Origin: a virus
IMG/VR virus record: IMGVR_UViG_3300045974_000102
Location: 51,883 to 115,882 of that record
Strand: one strand, 5' to 3'
Length of the DNA stretch: 64,000 bases
Shown here: piece after piece, positions 1-10,167 of the stretch
Numbering within the stretch: position 1 is the first letter of the stretch
How the letters are laid out: every line of letters starts with the position of its first letter
Made by a program: the position numbers and the translations under genes
Notes under the pieces: generated by a model
The model's input: the letters and a program-made list of their open reading frames with translations, nothing else
What the model was told of the DNA's origin: nothing
The model's database searches: none

Positions 1-3000
1 TTGATAGTCTAAATAGTTAGTGAGATAGTCTCTATTAGGGATAAGTTTTCTATCCCAGAAGGTAGACTTATCTGTCATATTTTCCCAGTAGCCAGCGAGA
101 AAAGTATTATAAGAGCCTATCTTATCTTGCGCTAAGTTGTGCGAAGCTAGATTACCTGTATCTGCGAAAGGAGATCCTTCGTCCCACATATCTTCTTGCA
201 TGCCGCTCACATAAGCCTCAAGCCCTTTAGACATGTCTGGCATTGACTCTGGAGCAGCAACTTGCATATCTATTCTTTTGCCGGGCGATAGATGAGAAGC
301 CATTGCGCTCATAGAAGACTTCTGTATTTCTAAGGCGTCATTTGCTAATTGGCTTGTGTCATCATATCTAAACTTCTGAAGCAGTCTTGCTCTAATGTCC
401 TGCACTCTATTGGATACGCCAGCCGCTCTATATGTAGTCTCATCTCCTTCAAGGCCAAACTCACCAGTTTCTAGGTCTGCCCAGTCTACTACACCTGAGC
501 GATCTTCTGTCGCTATGCTCTGAGTATATTCTTGAGAATGTGCAAAGATCTGCTTCTTTAACTCACCAACTTGAGTTAATGTATCATAGTATCTCTGTTC
601 TTCTGCAGGAGAAAGGTTGTTCCCTATTGCTAGCTGCAAAACGCTAGCTGATGTATTTCTAAATTCTGACGAGTATGGAGCTATCTGCTGTAAGATTTCA
701 AGTCTAACTGGATCTGGATACTCTTCTAAGTCCATTCCTTTAACTTCAGGAAACAAGAACTCCCAGCCTTTACGTGATGTCATTAACCAGCCCTGTGGAG
801 CCTTATCAAATGTGGTGCCATGCGTATAGTCAATGCTTTGTTTGCTTCGCTCTGAGTTCCATATATCTTCTTCTCTTTGAGGTATCCAGTTAACACCAAA
901 TAGCTCATTTGGAAGATCGTTGATTGTCCACTTAGATCTCGGATTAGTAAACACACGACGTAAGAACTCGCCACCTATACCTGTAATATCTCCAGCTCTC
1001 CATCCCCACATGATCTGTGCTGGATCATACATTGCTGAAGCATCTGCTTTTCTTGGGACATAAGAATCAATACCCTTCTTCCCTGCAGCAAACTGATATA
1101 GAGAGCGGAACATGAAACCTTTGAAACCAGAGTATTCAGTTCCTTGATCCCACATCTTAATCATATTCTGTCCGAATAGATTATCAGATCTCTTCATAGC
1201 CTCATAGAGCTGCGGTGTAGAGTCTATAGCAGAGTTGTTATGTTGAATATCTACAGCTAGCCTTAAGTTCTTAGCTACTGCTCTTTCATAGTATTGGTCG
1301 GCCTTATCATCTGGGATGCCTCCACCACCAAAGAAGTTAGGCTTTATGCCACGAGAGTCTAACTCATCAAATACTCTCTGCATTTCCGCAGATGGGTCAT
1401 TGAAGTAGTTATCGGACCTTACGCGCAAGAAAGACCAGCCCTCTTGTTCAAGTTCCCTTTGTCTCTTAGCATCCTTAATCTTCTTCTTGCCACTATGGAA
1501 AGATACACCGTCAGCTTCAAGGGCAGCATATTTACTGCCATCTCTAATAACCATATCTATATAATAATTACCTTCATTTATCTGCGGGTAAACATCATAG
1601 CCCTGAGCCTTAAGTGATTGATAAATCCCTCTTTCAAAAGGATTGCCTAATTCGCCTTCGCCTGGCTTATGGTATTCTTTCTGAGGTTTGATTACTCTAC
1701 CTATTGTTGCAGCGATGAGTGGCCCGAGCAAAGGTATGTTCTGTCCATATTGGGATGATTTATATACCGGTTGTGATTCAGCGTGGTAGTCCTCTAGCAT
1801 GTATCTATCGAATAGGCCGAACGTAAATGAGTTGAGTAGTCTATGTCCATAGCTCGGATAGATAACTCCCTTGTTTTGCCAGTCAGACTGTATAAGATTT
1901 AATGCCTCTCTTCTGTATTGGATTACTTTGCCACCCTGATATGGCGTTGGCGATAAAATCCATCCTCTATTTTTTCTTACTTCAATATCTCTATTGCCAT
2001 TAATAATAGCCTTACGTTCTTCATAAGTTTTATTAGAGCCTAAGAAGCCAGGTAGAAATGGGATCATAGGGGCCATTAAGAGGCCAAATGCTGCAGTCTT
2101 TGGGTTTTGTATTAGCCAATTGAATGCTCTTTGAGAGCCAGTCTTAGTAACAGCGCCTACAAACTTCTCTGGCCTTAGAGCTTGTCTAAGCCATGGAGCA
2201 ACTTGTATATTAGATTTAAGTAGATCTCTACCTACTTTATCAAAAGATCTTCTAATATAAGATGGGCCTGTCTTATATAAGTGTTGAGCAAATAAAACTG
2301 TAGTAGCTGCACTAATAGCTGGAGCTAAAACACCTAGACCTGTAGATCCTGGAGCAGCTTGCTCTTGACGCTTTGCCATCCTCGTTAAGCCAAGAATATC
2401 TGATATCTTAGAATATGCTAGCTGAGCTTTGTGATAAGCAGCTATAGGAAGCCCTGTAAGCGGTCCTGAGCCTTTATCAAACGTTAAGGCACCTAACATA
2501 TGGTTTGCTAAATCAAATGCCTTGTAGGCCGCATATGCTGGCAGAATACGCTTAATGCCAATGTCCATGAAGTAGCGAGGAATGCCACCCTTCATATCAT
2601 ATACAGGTAGGCCTAAGTGTGGCGCATTGATAAATTCAAGAGCACGACCAGCCATAGTGTAGATTGGGTTATGAGACTTAGTGAGCTTGTCTATTGTCTT
2701 GCCCATGAATTTGTTGTCAACAAATAGAACCTCGAATGGAGTTTCAAGGAACTGGTTCATAGGGTTAATAGTTATTTCTCTAAAAGCCTTGCCCCAGTGG
2801 CGAGCCATTTGATGGATGCCTTCTTTGCTCCATCTCTTTGCGCCACGGTAGCTCTGAACAAGAAGTGCTGTGTCTGCATCTCTTGTCATTTTGCCCATGT
2901 TCTTATAGAGTAAGTTAGTGCCGCCACCAATGCCTTTAGGTAGCATGTCAAGGTGCCATTTAACTGTCTCAATTGCTTTCCATATAGGTTGGAAAGTTGG

Positions 3001-5466
3001 GTTGCGTTTCATGAAGTCAGATTTTCTTGCTGTCTTTAAATACTCATCTAGTGGTATCTTATAGGATGCTCCTGATCTGACCAAAGATTCTTGAACTCTA
3101 CCAAATACAATTGGGTTAACTTGTCTAGTAAACTCTCCAGTTGCTCTATTAAAACTATTAACATTCTTGGCGCTAGCTGTTCTTAATTTAGATATATTAA
3201 GGTTTACATCAAGGACAAACTTGCGTCCCATTCTATCACCATTAAGACTTTGATTTATAGCGTTAGATGCTTCGTCAAATTCTTGATACCATATTACTGC
3301 TGCACCATTAGGTTGTGTGCTTATCTTAATTATGTTCTTCTTAACCTTATCTGGTATTCTAGTAGGCTTAAGTATTTCAGATATTTCATCAAAGACTTCT
3401 GGGTTAGTATCTTGTATAGAGGCTAGTAGGTCATCAACAGCAATGCCATGATCATGTAAGCCTCTGATCCTCCCGCCGTTGATAGTAGAAAATCTTTTCC
3501 ATTTACCACTAAGTTGTCCAGTTGCTTCATCAACATCACCTATAAATCTCTGTGACCCTCTACCCATATATTCGTGCATAGATGAAACGCGAAAGAGTCT
3601 GAATGTTGGCACAGCAGCTTCTATTTTTCTTGCGCCATAAAGCATAGTGCGGCCAAGCATTGTCATTGCTTCGCCAAGATTTGTTGGTATAACTTTAGAC
3701 TTATGTGCCCCAAGTAAGTTTGGGTCATGTAACATTGCCGAGAAACCTACTGACCATAATGATAAGCCTGCTGTGAAGCCAAGTGCGCCAAGTCTGCCTA
3801 CCATAGTAAGTGCACTAGCGCCGTCTGCTTCATTACCAGATGAATAAGTTTTATATTCATTAGATATACCAGTCTTGTTAAAGCTCATACTACTGCTTGA
3901 AAGCTTTTGTTTCTTATCTCCACCACCAAAATAAGTAGCTGCACCAAGTAATGCAAAGACACCAGCTAAGCTTGAATATTGAGCTATCTTAGTTGCAGCT
4001 CTATTGTGCTCCATGAAGTTCATGGCGTTGTGAAAAAATCCACCGCCTCCACCTCCTGCACCTCCACCTCCACCAAACATGGAAGGTGTAAAGCCACCTG
4101 ACTTAGATGCATATATAGAAGAGAACCCTTTCTTTATACTGCTTGTTCTTTTGTCTATTAGACCTAGCATTTGTTGAGTAAGCTCTGAGACACTATAGCC
4201 TTGCTTCTGAGTTTCACGCTCCATAACATTTTGGAAAGCCTGATGTAAGAACTGGCCACCAATATCAGATCGTAATACCTTATCTATACCATGTTTTAAT
4301 TCGTCTCCATGATTGCCTTTTGTGAGCGAGTTCTTAAACTCATCCATAACATCACCAAAGGCAGCTTTTAGTGCAACCTCAAGGCGTGTATCAGCACCAG
4401 CTACGTGTAATTCTTTTCCATTAAAAAATGGCTTAACTTTACTATGCCAGGAGAATAGATTTGCTACATCTTCAACCTTCCAAAATATAGCGTGTTGGAA
4501 TTCTTCAAAAGTATTAGGCGCTCGCGCTATTCTGCCTGCAGTCTCTTTAAAGGCGATTGGGTTAATATTAATTGTTAACCGCTCCATGATATTTCTATCT
4601 TCTTTAGCAAGTCTGAAAGCTAATAGTTGCCAATCATGTTCAGCACCTATAAAATTAATTTTCCCTGCTTCATATAAACCTTTAAATCTTTCATAAGCTT
4701 TTTTATCTCGCTTAGCAAGCTGAACAAGCATTGCTGGAATATCGAAGTCTGTATTCCAGGTCATTATATTTTTAACCTTGCCAGCGGTAGCATCATTCAT
4801 TAGATTATCTAAAACATTAAACAAGCCTTGCTTCTCTGCTTTATTATAAAAAGCTTCTTGTGTCATAGATTTCATTTCAATGTTGCCGTTCAATCCTTCA
4901 AGAAGGGCTTGAACCTGGGCATCTGTTTGATTAAATATACCAAGTGACATGTCTGATATATTTAAGTATTTATCACCTACAGGTATTACGTTGTTAGTTA
5001 TTAGGGCTCTGTTAATCTCTCTGGGACCAAGCACTTCCATAGCATAGTGCACTTGTCTATCACTTAACCCCTTCCCTGCTATATCCTTTTTAGTTAGATA
5101 ATTATAAAGGCCTTCATGTGTTTGCGTCTGTATTCTTGACTTTTTAACATTAGTGCGTTGGCCGCGTATCATCTTGAATTCTTCTACGTGGCCTTGACTG
5201 TGGACATTTAGATCTCTTATTGAGTGAGGATTGGTTACTTGGATATGATGGATAGTGTCGCTTAAACCTGGTTCCATATAAGCCATTTGCAATAGCTCCA
5301 TATGTCCATGTGAAAGCAAAATTTCATCTGCTGATGGCAATGCCCTTCTACCATCTTGCATCTTCGATAAATTATAGAAGAAGAAATTTAAATGATTAGT
5401 TTCGATATCTATAAACATCGAGATGTCTTTTAGATATTTAGTGTAATCATTATTAGAAGCTGCCAT
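1..5466 (-). CDS. Giant tape-measure-position virion protein (>1820 aa, runs off window start) with N-terminal DEDDh exonuclease and internal DUF559/Vsr-like endonuclease domains
   Basis: ATG at 5466 (MAASNNDYTKYLKDISMFIDIET). The frame was open in every segment I translated down to base 1, and the track lists no terminated ORF from this ATG. Motifs FIDIET / WNTDFD / HVAGAD; NPFE..YYIDMVI..ALEADGVSFH..RQRELEQEGWSFLRV; poly-Gly linker and hydrophobic segments; lies right after two chaperone-like genes. Confidence 0.8.
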   Translation of the reverse strand, partial: MAASNNDYTKYLKDISMFIDIETNHLNFFFYNLSKMQDGRRALPSADEILLSHGHMELLQMAYMEPGLSDTIHHIQVTNPHSIRDLNVHSQGHVEEFKMIRGQRTNVKKSRIQTQTHEGLYNYLTKKDIAGKGLSDRQVHYAMEVLGPREINRALITNNVIPVGDKYLNISDMSLGIFNQTDAQVQALLEGLNGNIEMKSMTQEAFYNKAEKQGLFNVLDNLMNDATAGKVKNIMTWNTDFDIPAMLVQLAKRDKKAYERFKGLYEAGKINFIGAEHDWQLLAFRLAKEDRNIMERLTININPIAFKETAGRIARAPNTFEEFQHAIFWKVEDVANLFSWHSKVKPFFNGKELHVAGADTRLEVALKAAFGDVMDEFKNSLTKGNHGDELKHGIDKVLRSDIGGQFLHQAFQNVMERETQKQGYSVSELTQQMLGLIDKRTSSIKKGFSSIYASKSGGFTPSMFGGGGGAGGGGGGFFHNAMNFMEHNRAATKIAQYSSLAGVFALLGAATYFGGGDKKQKLSSSSMSFNKTGISNEYKTYSSGNEADGASALTMVGRLGALGFTAGLSLWSVGFSAMLHDPNLLGAHKSKVIPTNLGEAMTMLGRTMLYGARKIEAAVPTFRLFRVSSMHEYMGRGSQRFIGDVDEATGQLSGKWKRFSTINGGRIRGLHDHGIAVDDLLASIQDTNPEVFDEISEILKPTRIPDKVKKNIIKISTQPNGAAVIWYQEFDEASNAINQSLNGDRMGRKFVLDVNLNISKLRTASAKNVNSFNRATGEFTRQVNPIVFGRVQESLVRSGASYKIPLDEYLKTARKSDFMKRNPTFQPIWKAIETVKWHLDMLPKGIGGGTNLLYKNMGKMTRDADTALLVQSYRGAKRWSKEGIHQMARHWGKAFREITINPMNQFLETPFEVLFVDNKFMGKTIDKLTKSHNPIYTMAGRALEFINAPHLGLPVYDMKGGIPRYFMDIGIKRILPAYAAYKAFDLANHMLGALTFDKGSGPLTGLPIAAYHKAQLAYSKISDILGLTRMAKRQEQAAPGSTGLGVLAPAISAATTVLFAQHLYKTGPSYIRRSFDKVGRDLLKSNIQVAPWLRQALRPEKFVGAVTKTGSQRAFNWLIQNPKTAAFGLLMAPMIPFLPGFLGSNKTYEERKAIINGNRDIEVRKNRGWILSPTPYQGGKVIQYRREALNLIQSDWQNKGVIYPSYGHRLLNSFTFGLFDRYMLEDYHAESQPVYKSSQYGQNIPLLGPLIAATIGRVIKPQKEYHKPGEGELGNPFERGIYQSLKAQGYDVYPQINEGNYYIDMVIRDGSKYAALEADGVSFHSGKKKIKDAKRQRELEQEGWSFLRVRSDNYFNDPSAEMQRVFDELDSRGIKPNFFGGGGIPDDKADQYYERAVAKNLRLAVDIQHNNSAIDSTPQLYEAMKRSDNLFGQNMIKMWDQGTEYSGFKGFMFRSLYQFAAGKKGIDSYVPRKADASAMYDPAQIMWGWRAGDITGIGGEFLRRVFTNPRSKWTINDLPNELFGVNWIPQREEDIWNSERSKQSIDYTHGTTFDKAPQGWLMTSRKGWEFLFPEVKGMDLEEYPDPVRLEILQQIAPYSSEFRNTSASVLQLAIGNNLSPAEEQRYYDTLTQVGELKKQIFAHSQEYTQSIATEDRSGVVDWADLETGEFGLEGDETTYRAAGVSNRVQDIRARLLQKFRYDDTSQLANDALEIQKSSMSAMASHLSPGKRIDMQVAAPESMPDMSKGLEAYVSGMQEDMWDEGSPFADTGNLASHNLAQDKIGSYNTFLAGYWENMTDKSTFWDRKLIPNRDYLTNYLDYQ

Positions 5467-6028
5467 CTACAAACTCCCCATTTGGTCCCATATCGTTAAA
5501 GTAATTTGCAACAGCTTTAAGTTCCTCAGGCGTTACTGACTTAATACCCTTTTTAGGCTTAGAGCCACCTTTCTCTGCAGAGAAACTCTCACGCATCTTA
5601 TTGGTATCTATGGCTGGTTTGCCTAATACAGCCTCACTAAAAGCAAGCTCTTCCATAAGTTCATTAAGTGTCATCTGTTTTAAGTCTTTAAGTGTATATG
5701 TAGGCTGTGCTTGTATGATAGCTCTGTAGAACATAAAATATAAGCTGTTTTCTACATTTGCACGTGCCTTCTCAATTAGCACTGGCACATCAGTAAGCTT
5801 CATTATGAAGCCCGATAGTTTCATTGCGCAGCCTACTACTGCAAGGATAGCACCTGCTTCCAGCTCTTTAGCATTATATTTATGGTCTGTTATTTCGTTA
5901 AAGATAAATTCTTCAGTATTAGGATTTTCTTTAAGTAGAGCAGCACTGAACCTATCTGCTTCGTCAGCAGTTAGTGTTCTGAATATAATGTCTGTAGAGT
6001 CTGCCAGAGGAAGTTTATACTTCTTCAT
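5453..6028 (-). CDS. Putative tail assembly chaperone
   Basis: Small helical acidic ORF directly before the giant gene; shares LEAG.(I/V)L motif with its neighbour. Confidence 0.5.
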   Translation of the reverse strand: MKKYKLPLADSTDIIFRTLTADEADRFSAALLKENPNTEEFIFNEITDHKYNAKELEAGAILAVVGCAMKLSGFIMKLTDVPVLIEKARANVENSLYFMFYRAIIQAQPTYTLKDLKQMTLNELMEELAFSEAVLGKPAIDTNKMRESFSAEKGGSKPKKGIKSVTPEELKAVANYFNDMGPNGEFVDGSF

Positions 6029-6039
6029 GAAAGCTCCAA

Positions 6040-6447
6040 TTATGTTTCTAAGATTAGTTCAAGAGCCTTGTTAGGATCTTTAAGGAAGTTGCTTACTGCT
6101 AGGATTTGATAGACCAGTGTGAGGACTAGTCCTGCTTCTAAGGACTGTATGAGCACAGCTTCTGGCTTTGGATGGATTAGTGAAGCTTTAAGGATAGCTT
6201 CATGTGTAGACATCTTATCTAGGTTTGCTCTCCTGATATCAGCGAACTCTGCCCATGGTAGATATTTATACATAAAGAATTGTAGTTGATCTGCCGGACC
6301 TAAGAATGTGCAGTAGACACGCTTATTAAAAGCCTTAGCTCTTTCAAACTCAGGCTTGGTCATTTTGTAATAAGCAATTTTGTCCCAGTTAATTTCATCG
6401 TAAAGTGATTGTTTAACATCTTTTACTTCTTCTAGCTCTTCACTCAT
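6040..6447 (-). CDS. Putative tail assembly chaperone
   Basis: Position between tube-like genes and tape-measure-position gene; LEAGLVLTLVYQILAVSNF; AAGGAG RBS. Confidence 0.55.
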   Translation of the reverse strand: MSEELEEVKDVKQSLYDEINWDKIAYYKMTKPEFERAKAFNKRVYCTFLGPADQLQFFMYKYLPWAEFADIRRANLDKMSTHEAILKASLIHPKPEAVLIQSLEAGLVLTLVYQILAVSNFLKDPNKALELILET

Positions 6448-6478
6448 AAAAACTCCTTGGTTGTTTGATACGTGTTAA

Positions 6479-8044
6479 TTACTTGATTGTGCGGGCAATA
6501 AAAGTATAATATTCTTGCACAGGCTGTCCTTGCTGTCCTAACATGTGTCCATGTCCTGTAAGTGTGCATCCGTCTATAATTTTATGAACATAACCATTGT
6601 ATTCAATAGCTAGTGTAAACTCTGCTGTGTCCTCTGCTCTGCGGAGAGATGGAACTGTTTTTTCTGGTGCATCAAAGAACTTCTCTGAAGCTGATATAAC
6701 CTTAGCGGCCTTGACTTTCTCAAGCTGTGCACTTATATCATTTTTCTTTTGAGCAATACTGTCTATAATATTTTTTAATTTCTTCTCTGCATTATCTCTG
6801 TTTAGTAGAGTAATCTTTGTAGTCGCTCCGGTGTTTTCTTTAACTGCGTCTGCATTTAAAGATGCATCAGCGTAACTTTGCTCTAAATTAAAGGCACCAG
6901 ATACTGCTGGCTTTGCTGCTATTAAAGCCTTTATCTCGCTCTTCTTAGCAGCTAGTTGTTGAGGATATGCATCTATATAGTTATTATATTCAGCGGTTAT
7001 CTTGTCTAGATCTTTTTGTGTTGTCAGTATGCTCGACTGAGCTATAGTATATTGATTTTCATAAGTTGTTATTGTATCAACTGGTGTAGTAGGATCTGCT
7101 CTTAAGCCTGGAAGTCTTGCCGCTATTCCATCTGCTGTGCTTCTAAGTGCGACCAGCCTAGCATTAAGAGCCATAATTTGTCCTGCAGCTCCATCCATAT
7201 AAGTCTTTGCTCCTTGTTCAAAGTTAGCAAGACTACCTGTTGCTGATGGATTGTTTACTTTTGTCCAAAGAGTATTATAGTCTGCAGCAAATCCAGATGG
7301 CTGTGCATCCATATAAGCATCTCTGGTCTTCATGGCCTTGCTAAGTAACTCATTTGCTATGCCTGTCAAAGCGCTTGTAGCATCATTAGATACAATTGAT
7401 GCTGCATCTGCTACTGATAAAGCTTGCTGTGCAGCAGCCTGATCTCTTATAAGCTTATTGATTTCGTCTTGTATAGCCTTATACTTATTAAGCTCTTTAG
7501 AATAGTTAATTGCTTTTTGTTTTTCATCATATATTTCACTAACAATATCATCACTAGTAACTGAATAATCAAGGCCATCAACTTTATCAAGAACTCCTAA
7601 TAGATAGCCATCGAACTTATAGTTAATAGTAAATGTTCCGTGGACAATTATCTGGCCTCTAGCAATAGTAGTAAACTTCTGAGAGTTATAACCATAGATT
7701 GGTTCTTTTGTTTCTCTATACTGATAACTAATATCATAAGCATCATCTATATGTATTCCGCCAATATAAATCTTTGCTTGAGATGCGGTAACATAATCTG
7801 CCTTTTCAGGAGTAGCTTTTTCTTTTAAGAAACCAATAAGGTTATTAGTTGAATTAAGAGCTTGTTGTCTAGCTGTTGCAAGTTCTTGAGGAGTAGGAGG
7901 AGAATATGGAGTAGGAGCTGTGTTAGCATTAGGGTCATAAATAACAGAACTGTTATCAAGTAGTGTATATCCAGCACTTGTTTTACCTTGTTGCGGCACT
8001 ATAGCATTAGCACCTGGAACTGTTGAAAGAAGCGAGTATCCCAT
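6479..8044 (-). CDS. Tail tube-like (baseplate/tube initiator) protein with long coiled-coil insertion
   Basis: YRETKEPIYGY..ARGQIIVHGTF and C-terminal GCTL..QEYYTFIAR resemble segments of the tube protein; Ala/Gln/Lys-rich helical middle. Confidence 0.55.
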   Translation of the reverse strand: MGYSLLSTVPGANAIVPQQGKTSAGYTLLDNSSVIYDPNANTAPTPYSPPTPQELATARQQALNSTNNLIGFLKEKATPEKADYVTASQAKIYIGGIHIDDAYDISYQYRETKEPIYGYNSQKFTTIARGQIIVHGTFTINYKFDGYLLGVLDKVDGLDYSVTSDDIVSEIYDEKQKAINYSKELNKYKAIQDEINKLIRDQAAAQQALSVADAASIVSNDATSALTGIANELLSKAMKTRDAYMDAQPSGFAADYNTLWTKVNNPSATGSLANFEQGAKTYMDGAAGQIMALNARLVALRSTADGIAARLPGLRADPTTPVDTITTYENQYTIAQSSILTTQKDLDKITAEYNNYIDAYPQQLAAKKSEIKALIAAKPAVSGAFNLEQSYADASLNADAVKENTGATTKITLLNRDNAEKKLKNIIDSIAQKKNDISAQLEKVKAAKVISASEKFFDAPEKTVPSLRRAEDTAEFTLAIEYNGYVHKIIDGCTLTGHGHMLGQQGQPVQEYYTFIARTIK

Positions 8045-8047
8045 ATA

Positions 8048-9379
8048 TTATCTCCTAACGTCCTGCTTAACACTGTTCATAACTTCTGTAGCAGTTAACT
8101 CTTTGTTGAAGCTAGGCGTGCCACTGAATGTTCCATTAACAAAGCTTTCTGTAATGCTATTAAGTGATGAGATAGATACAAATTTTTCATTGCCATTATA
8201 TCTAACCATTGGAAGTATATCTGATGCGACATAAGATACTTTGTTTGTAATGTTAGGCATTGCCATACCTTGATACTGGTTCTCATCTATTATCTGCACA
8301 TTCTTAAGCATAAACTTGCTGAAGATACCACGCTCATTGCAACCCATAACTAATATATGGAATGGTGCTAAGGAGTCTAATAGTTGCACTTCATACATGC
8401 CTTGTATTTTCCTAAAAATATCTGAGCGCTGGTAAGCATCAGATTCATATGCAAATCGTTCACGCTTTCTTGTCCAGTCTTGTGAAGAGGATTGTGTTTG
8501 CGGTTGGAAGTTATCAAACTTAGAGCTTATAGTCTCTAGCTCTCTTGTTATTCTTGAGCGAAGTCTTCCAAGAATATCCTCAGTAAAAATAGCAAACGCA
8601 ATTGATCCGGCAATTGTTCTAAGGCCTGATGTATATTTAACTGGGTTAGACTGCCCAAGCTGCCTTACTGGATATCTTTCTCTTATGGTCGAGTAGGAGA
8701 TTGACATAACATTATCCATCTCAAACATAATAAGCTCTTTTTGCTGAGCTGCTTCTGGAACATCATTCATAAGGTCTGCTATAGATGGGACCTCTGATAT
8801 GTAGAAACATACTAGGTCAGCACCGCCTATTGTATTCTGTAGTATACTATTGTTATCTGCGTTGCCTGATTTCCAGACTTCTTTATAAGGATTTACTACA
8901 TCACCTGTAAAGGTCTGTTTGGTGTATTTAGAACTGCCATCCGAAGCATTAGATACTTTTAGAGATGCTGTTTGTGGTGGGTATGATGCTGTGGTTTTAG
9001 CTAAATCCAAAAGATAGTTAGCTGAAGCATTTTGTTCTAATTGTGTTTTTGTTGTGCCTATAGGTGTCTGAGAAGTCATTATACCATCTGGCCCAACAAC
9101 AAGAGTTCCTATATTCTTTATCTCTCTTTCATCTCTGGCGCACAACAAAGCACTTACTATTGTATTATTAAACTCATAAGTGTTAAGGGCAGATTTAGGA
9201 TTTTCTTGTCTATAATCATTCGTAGCCTTGGCTACAATTTCTTTGGCACCGTCTGGATACTGTTGGTCAACAAGCACAGAAGGCACAGTAACCTTCATGT
9301 CAGGATTTACAGCGCTAGTAACAACTAGAGCATCCTGTCCAAGGATGTCAAATGTGATATTGCTAGAATTTATTCCCAT
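8048..9379 (-). CDS. Tail tube-like protein (tube paralogue)
   Basis: GGADLV..SISYSTIRERYPVRQLG..GLRTIAGS..LAPFHILVMGCNERG parallels tube SGADTV..RESGPLYVMG..GKRGIGGS..IPPFNITVVGVNEQG. Confidence 0.65.
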   Translation of the reverse strand: MGINSSNITFDILGQDALVVTSAVNPDMKVTVPSVLVDQQYPDGAKEIVAKATNDYRQENPKSALNTYEFNNTIVSALLCARDEREIKNIGTLVVGPDGIMTSQTPIGTTKTQLEQNASANYLLDLAKTTASYPPQTASLKVSNASDGSSKYTKQTFTGDVVNPYKEVWKSGNADNNSILQNTIGGADLVCFYISEVPSIADLMNDVPEAAQQKELIMFEMDNVMSISYSTIRERYPVRQLGQSNPVKYTSGLRTIAGSIAFAIFTEDILGRLRSRITRELETISSKFDNFQPQTQSSSQDWTRKRERFAYESDAYQRSDIFRKIQGMYEVQLLDSLAPFHILVMGCNERGIFSKFMLKNVQIIDENQYQGMAMPNITNKVSYVASDILPMVRYNGNEKFVSISSLNSITESFVNGTFSGTPSFNKELTATEVMNSVKQDVRR

Positions 9380-9401
9380 GCTGCACCTCGTAAATTTTTA
9401 T

Positions 9402-9441
9402 AAAAAAGGCCCGAAAGCCATATGGATGACAAGTCGGGCCT
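9402..9441 (-). terminator. Intrinsic terminator after tail tube gene
   Basis: AGGCCCGA/TCGGGCCT stem followed by U-run on minus strand. Confidence 0.65.
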
Positions 9442-9466
9442 CAGTTTTCTGCCTTCAATAAAGAGT

Positions 9467-10111
9467 TTATTGATCTAGGCGTCTCATTGGAGACATCGAG
9501 TTGGCAATGAAAGTATATTTCTTTTCAATATTAAGTTCATCAATAGAGATAGCAACACCTTCATTAATAACTGTGCATCCAAAGATACGGAACGCCATCT
9601 TGTCGCCCTGTTCGTTTACACCAACAACAGTGATATTGAACGGTGGGATTTGGTCAGCATAGAATGGGTCTACTTCTGTCCAAAGATCTGACTTAGCAAG
9701 AGCTCCTCCTGCTGGCACGTTAACTGTTGCACCGGCAGAAGTAGTAGCAGGATTCAGTGCAAGATTTTTGTCTGAATAGCCCTTTGCTTGTAGATCAGAC
9801 TCATCTTGTCTAATCCACACTTTAGGTGCAGATGAGCTCTGGCTAAAGATTTTGCTTACATAAGAAATAAGCGCATCATAGCCAAGTTGCGCAAGGATGA
9901 AAGAACCACCGATGCCACGCTTTCCTTTAGGGATTGCGATTGGGCTTTTACGTCCCATGACGTAAAGTGGACCTGATTCTCTATTTACTCCAACTGTAAA
10001 CGACATGCATTCGCCAACGTATTCGTCGCCAAAAATTACAACCGTATCAGCTCCAGAGAAAACAGAGGCAAGGCCTGTCTTGTTTGAGTTGAACATATCA
10101 CCAGTACTCAT
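9467..10111 (-). CDS. Tail tube protein
   Basis: 214 aa directly downstream of sheath; beta-rich tube-type pattern; followed by terminator. Confidence 0.75.
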   Translation of the reverse strand: MSTGDMFNSNKTGLASVFSGADTVVIFGDEYVGECMSFTVGVNRESGPLYVMGRKSPIAIPKGKRGIGGSFILAQLGYDALISYVSKIFSQSSSAPKVWIRQDESDLQAKGYSDKNLALNPATTSAGATVNVPAGGALAKSDLWTEVDPFYADQIPPFNITVVGVNEQGDKMAFRIFGCTVINEGVAISIDELNIEKKYTFIANSMSPMRRLDQ

Positions 10112-10135
10112 AATTGTCTAAACCTCCGTAATGAT

Positions 10136-10158
10136 GGGGCAGGCTATTAACCTGCCCC
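10136..10158. promoter_or_regulatory. Perfect 8-bp stem-loop between sheath and tube
   Basis: GGGGCAGG-ctattaa-CCTGCCCC; U-run is on plus side only, so probably an mRNA stability/processing stem or antisense terminator. Confidence 0.5.
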
Positions 10159-10167
10159 TTTATTCTA

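Noticed and set aside
6028-6070. Programmed frameshift between tail chaperones
   Set aside because: No slippery heptamer seen; second gene has its own RBS and ATG
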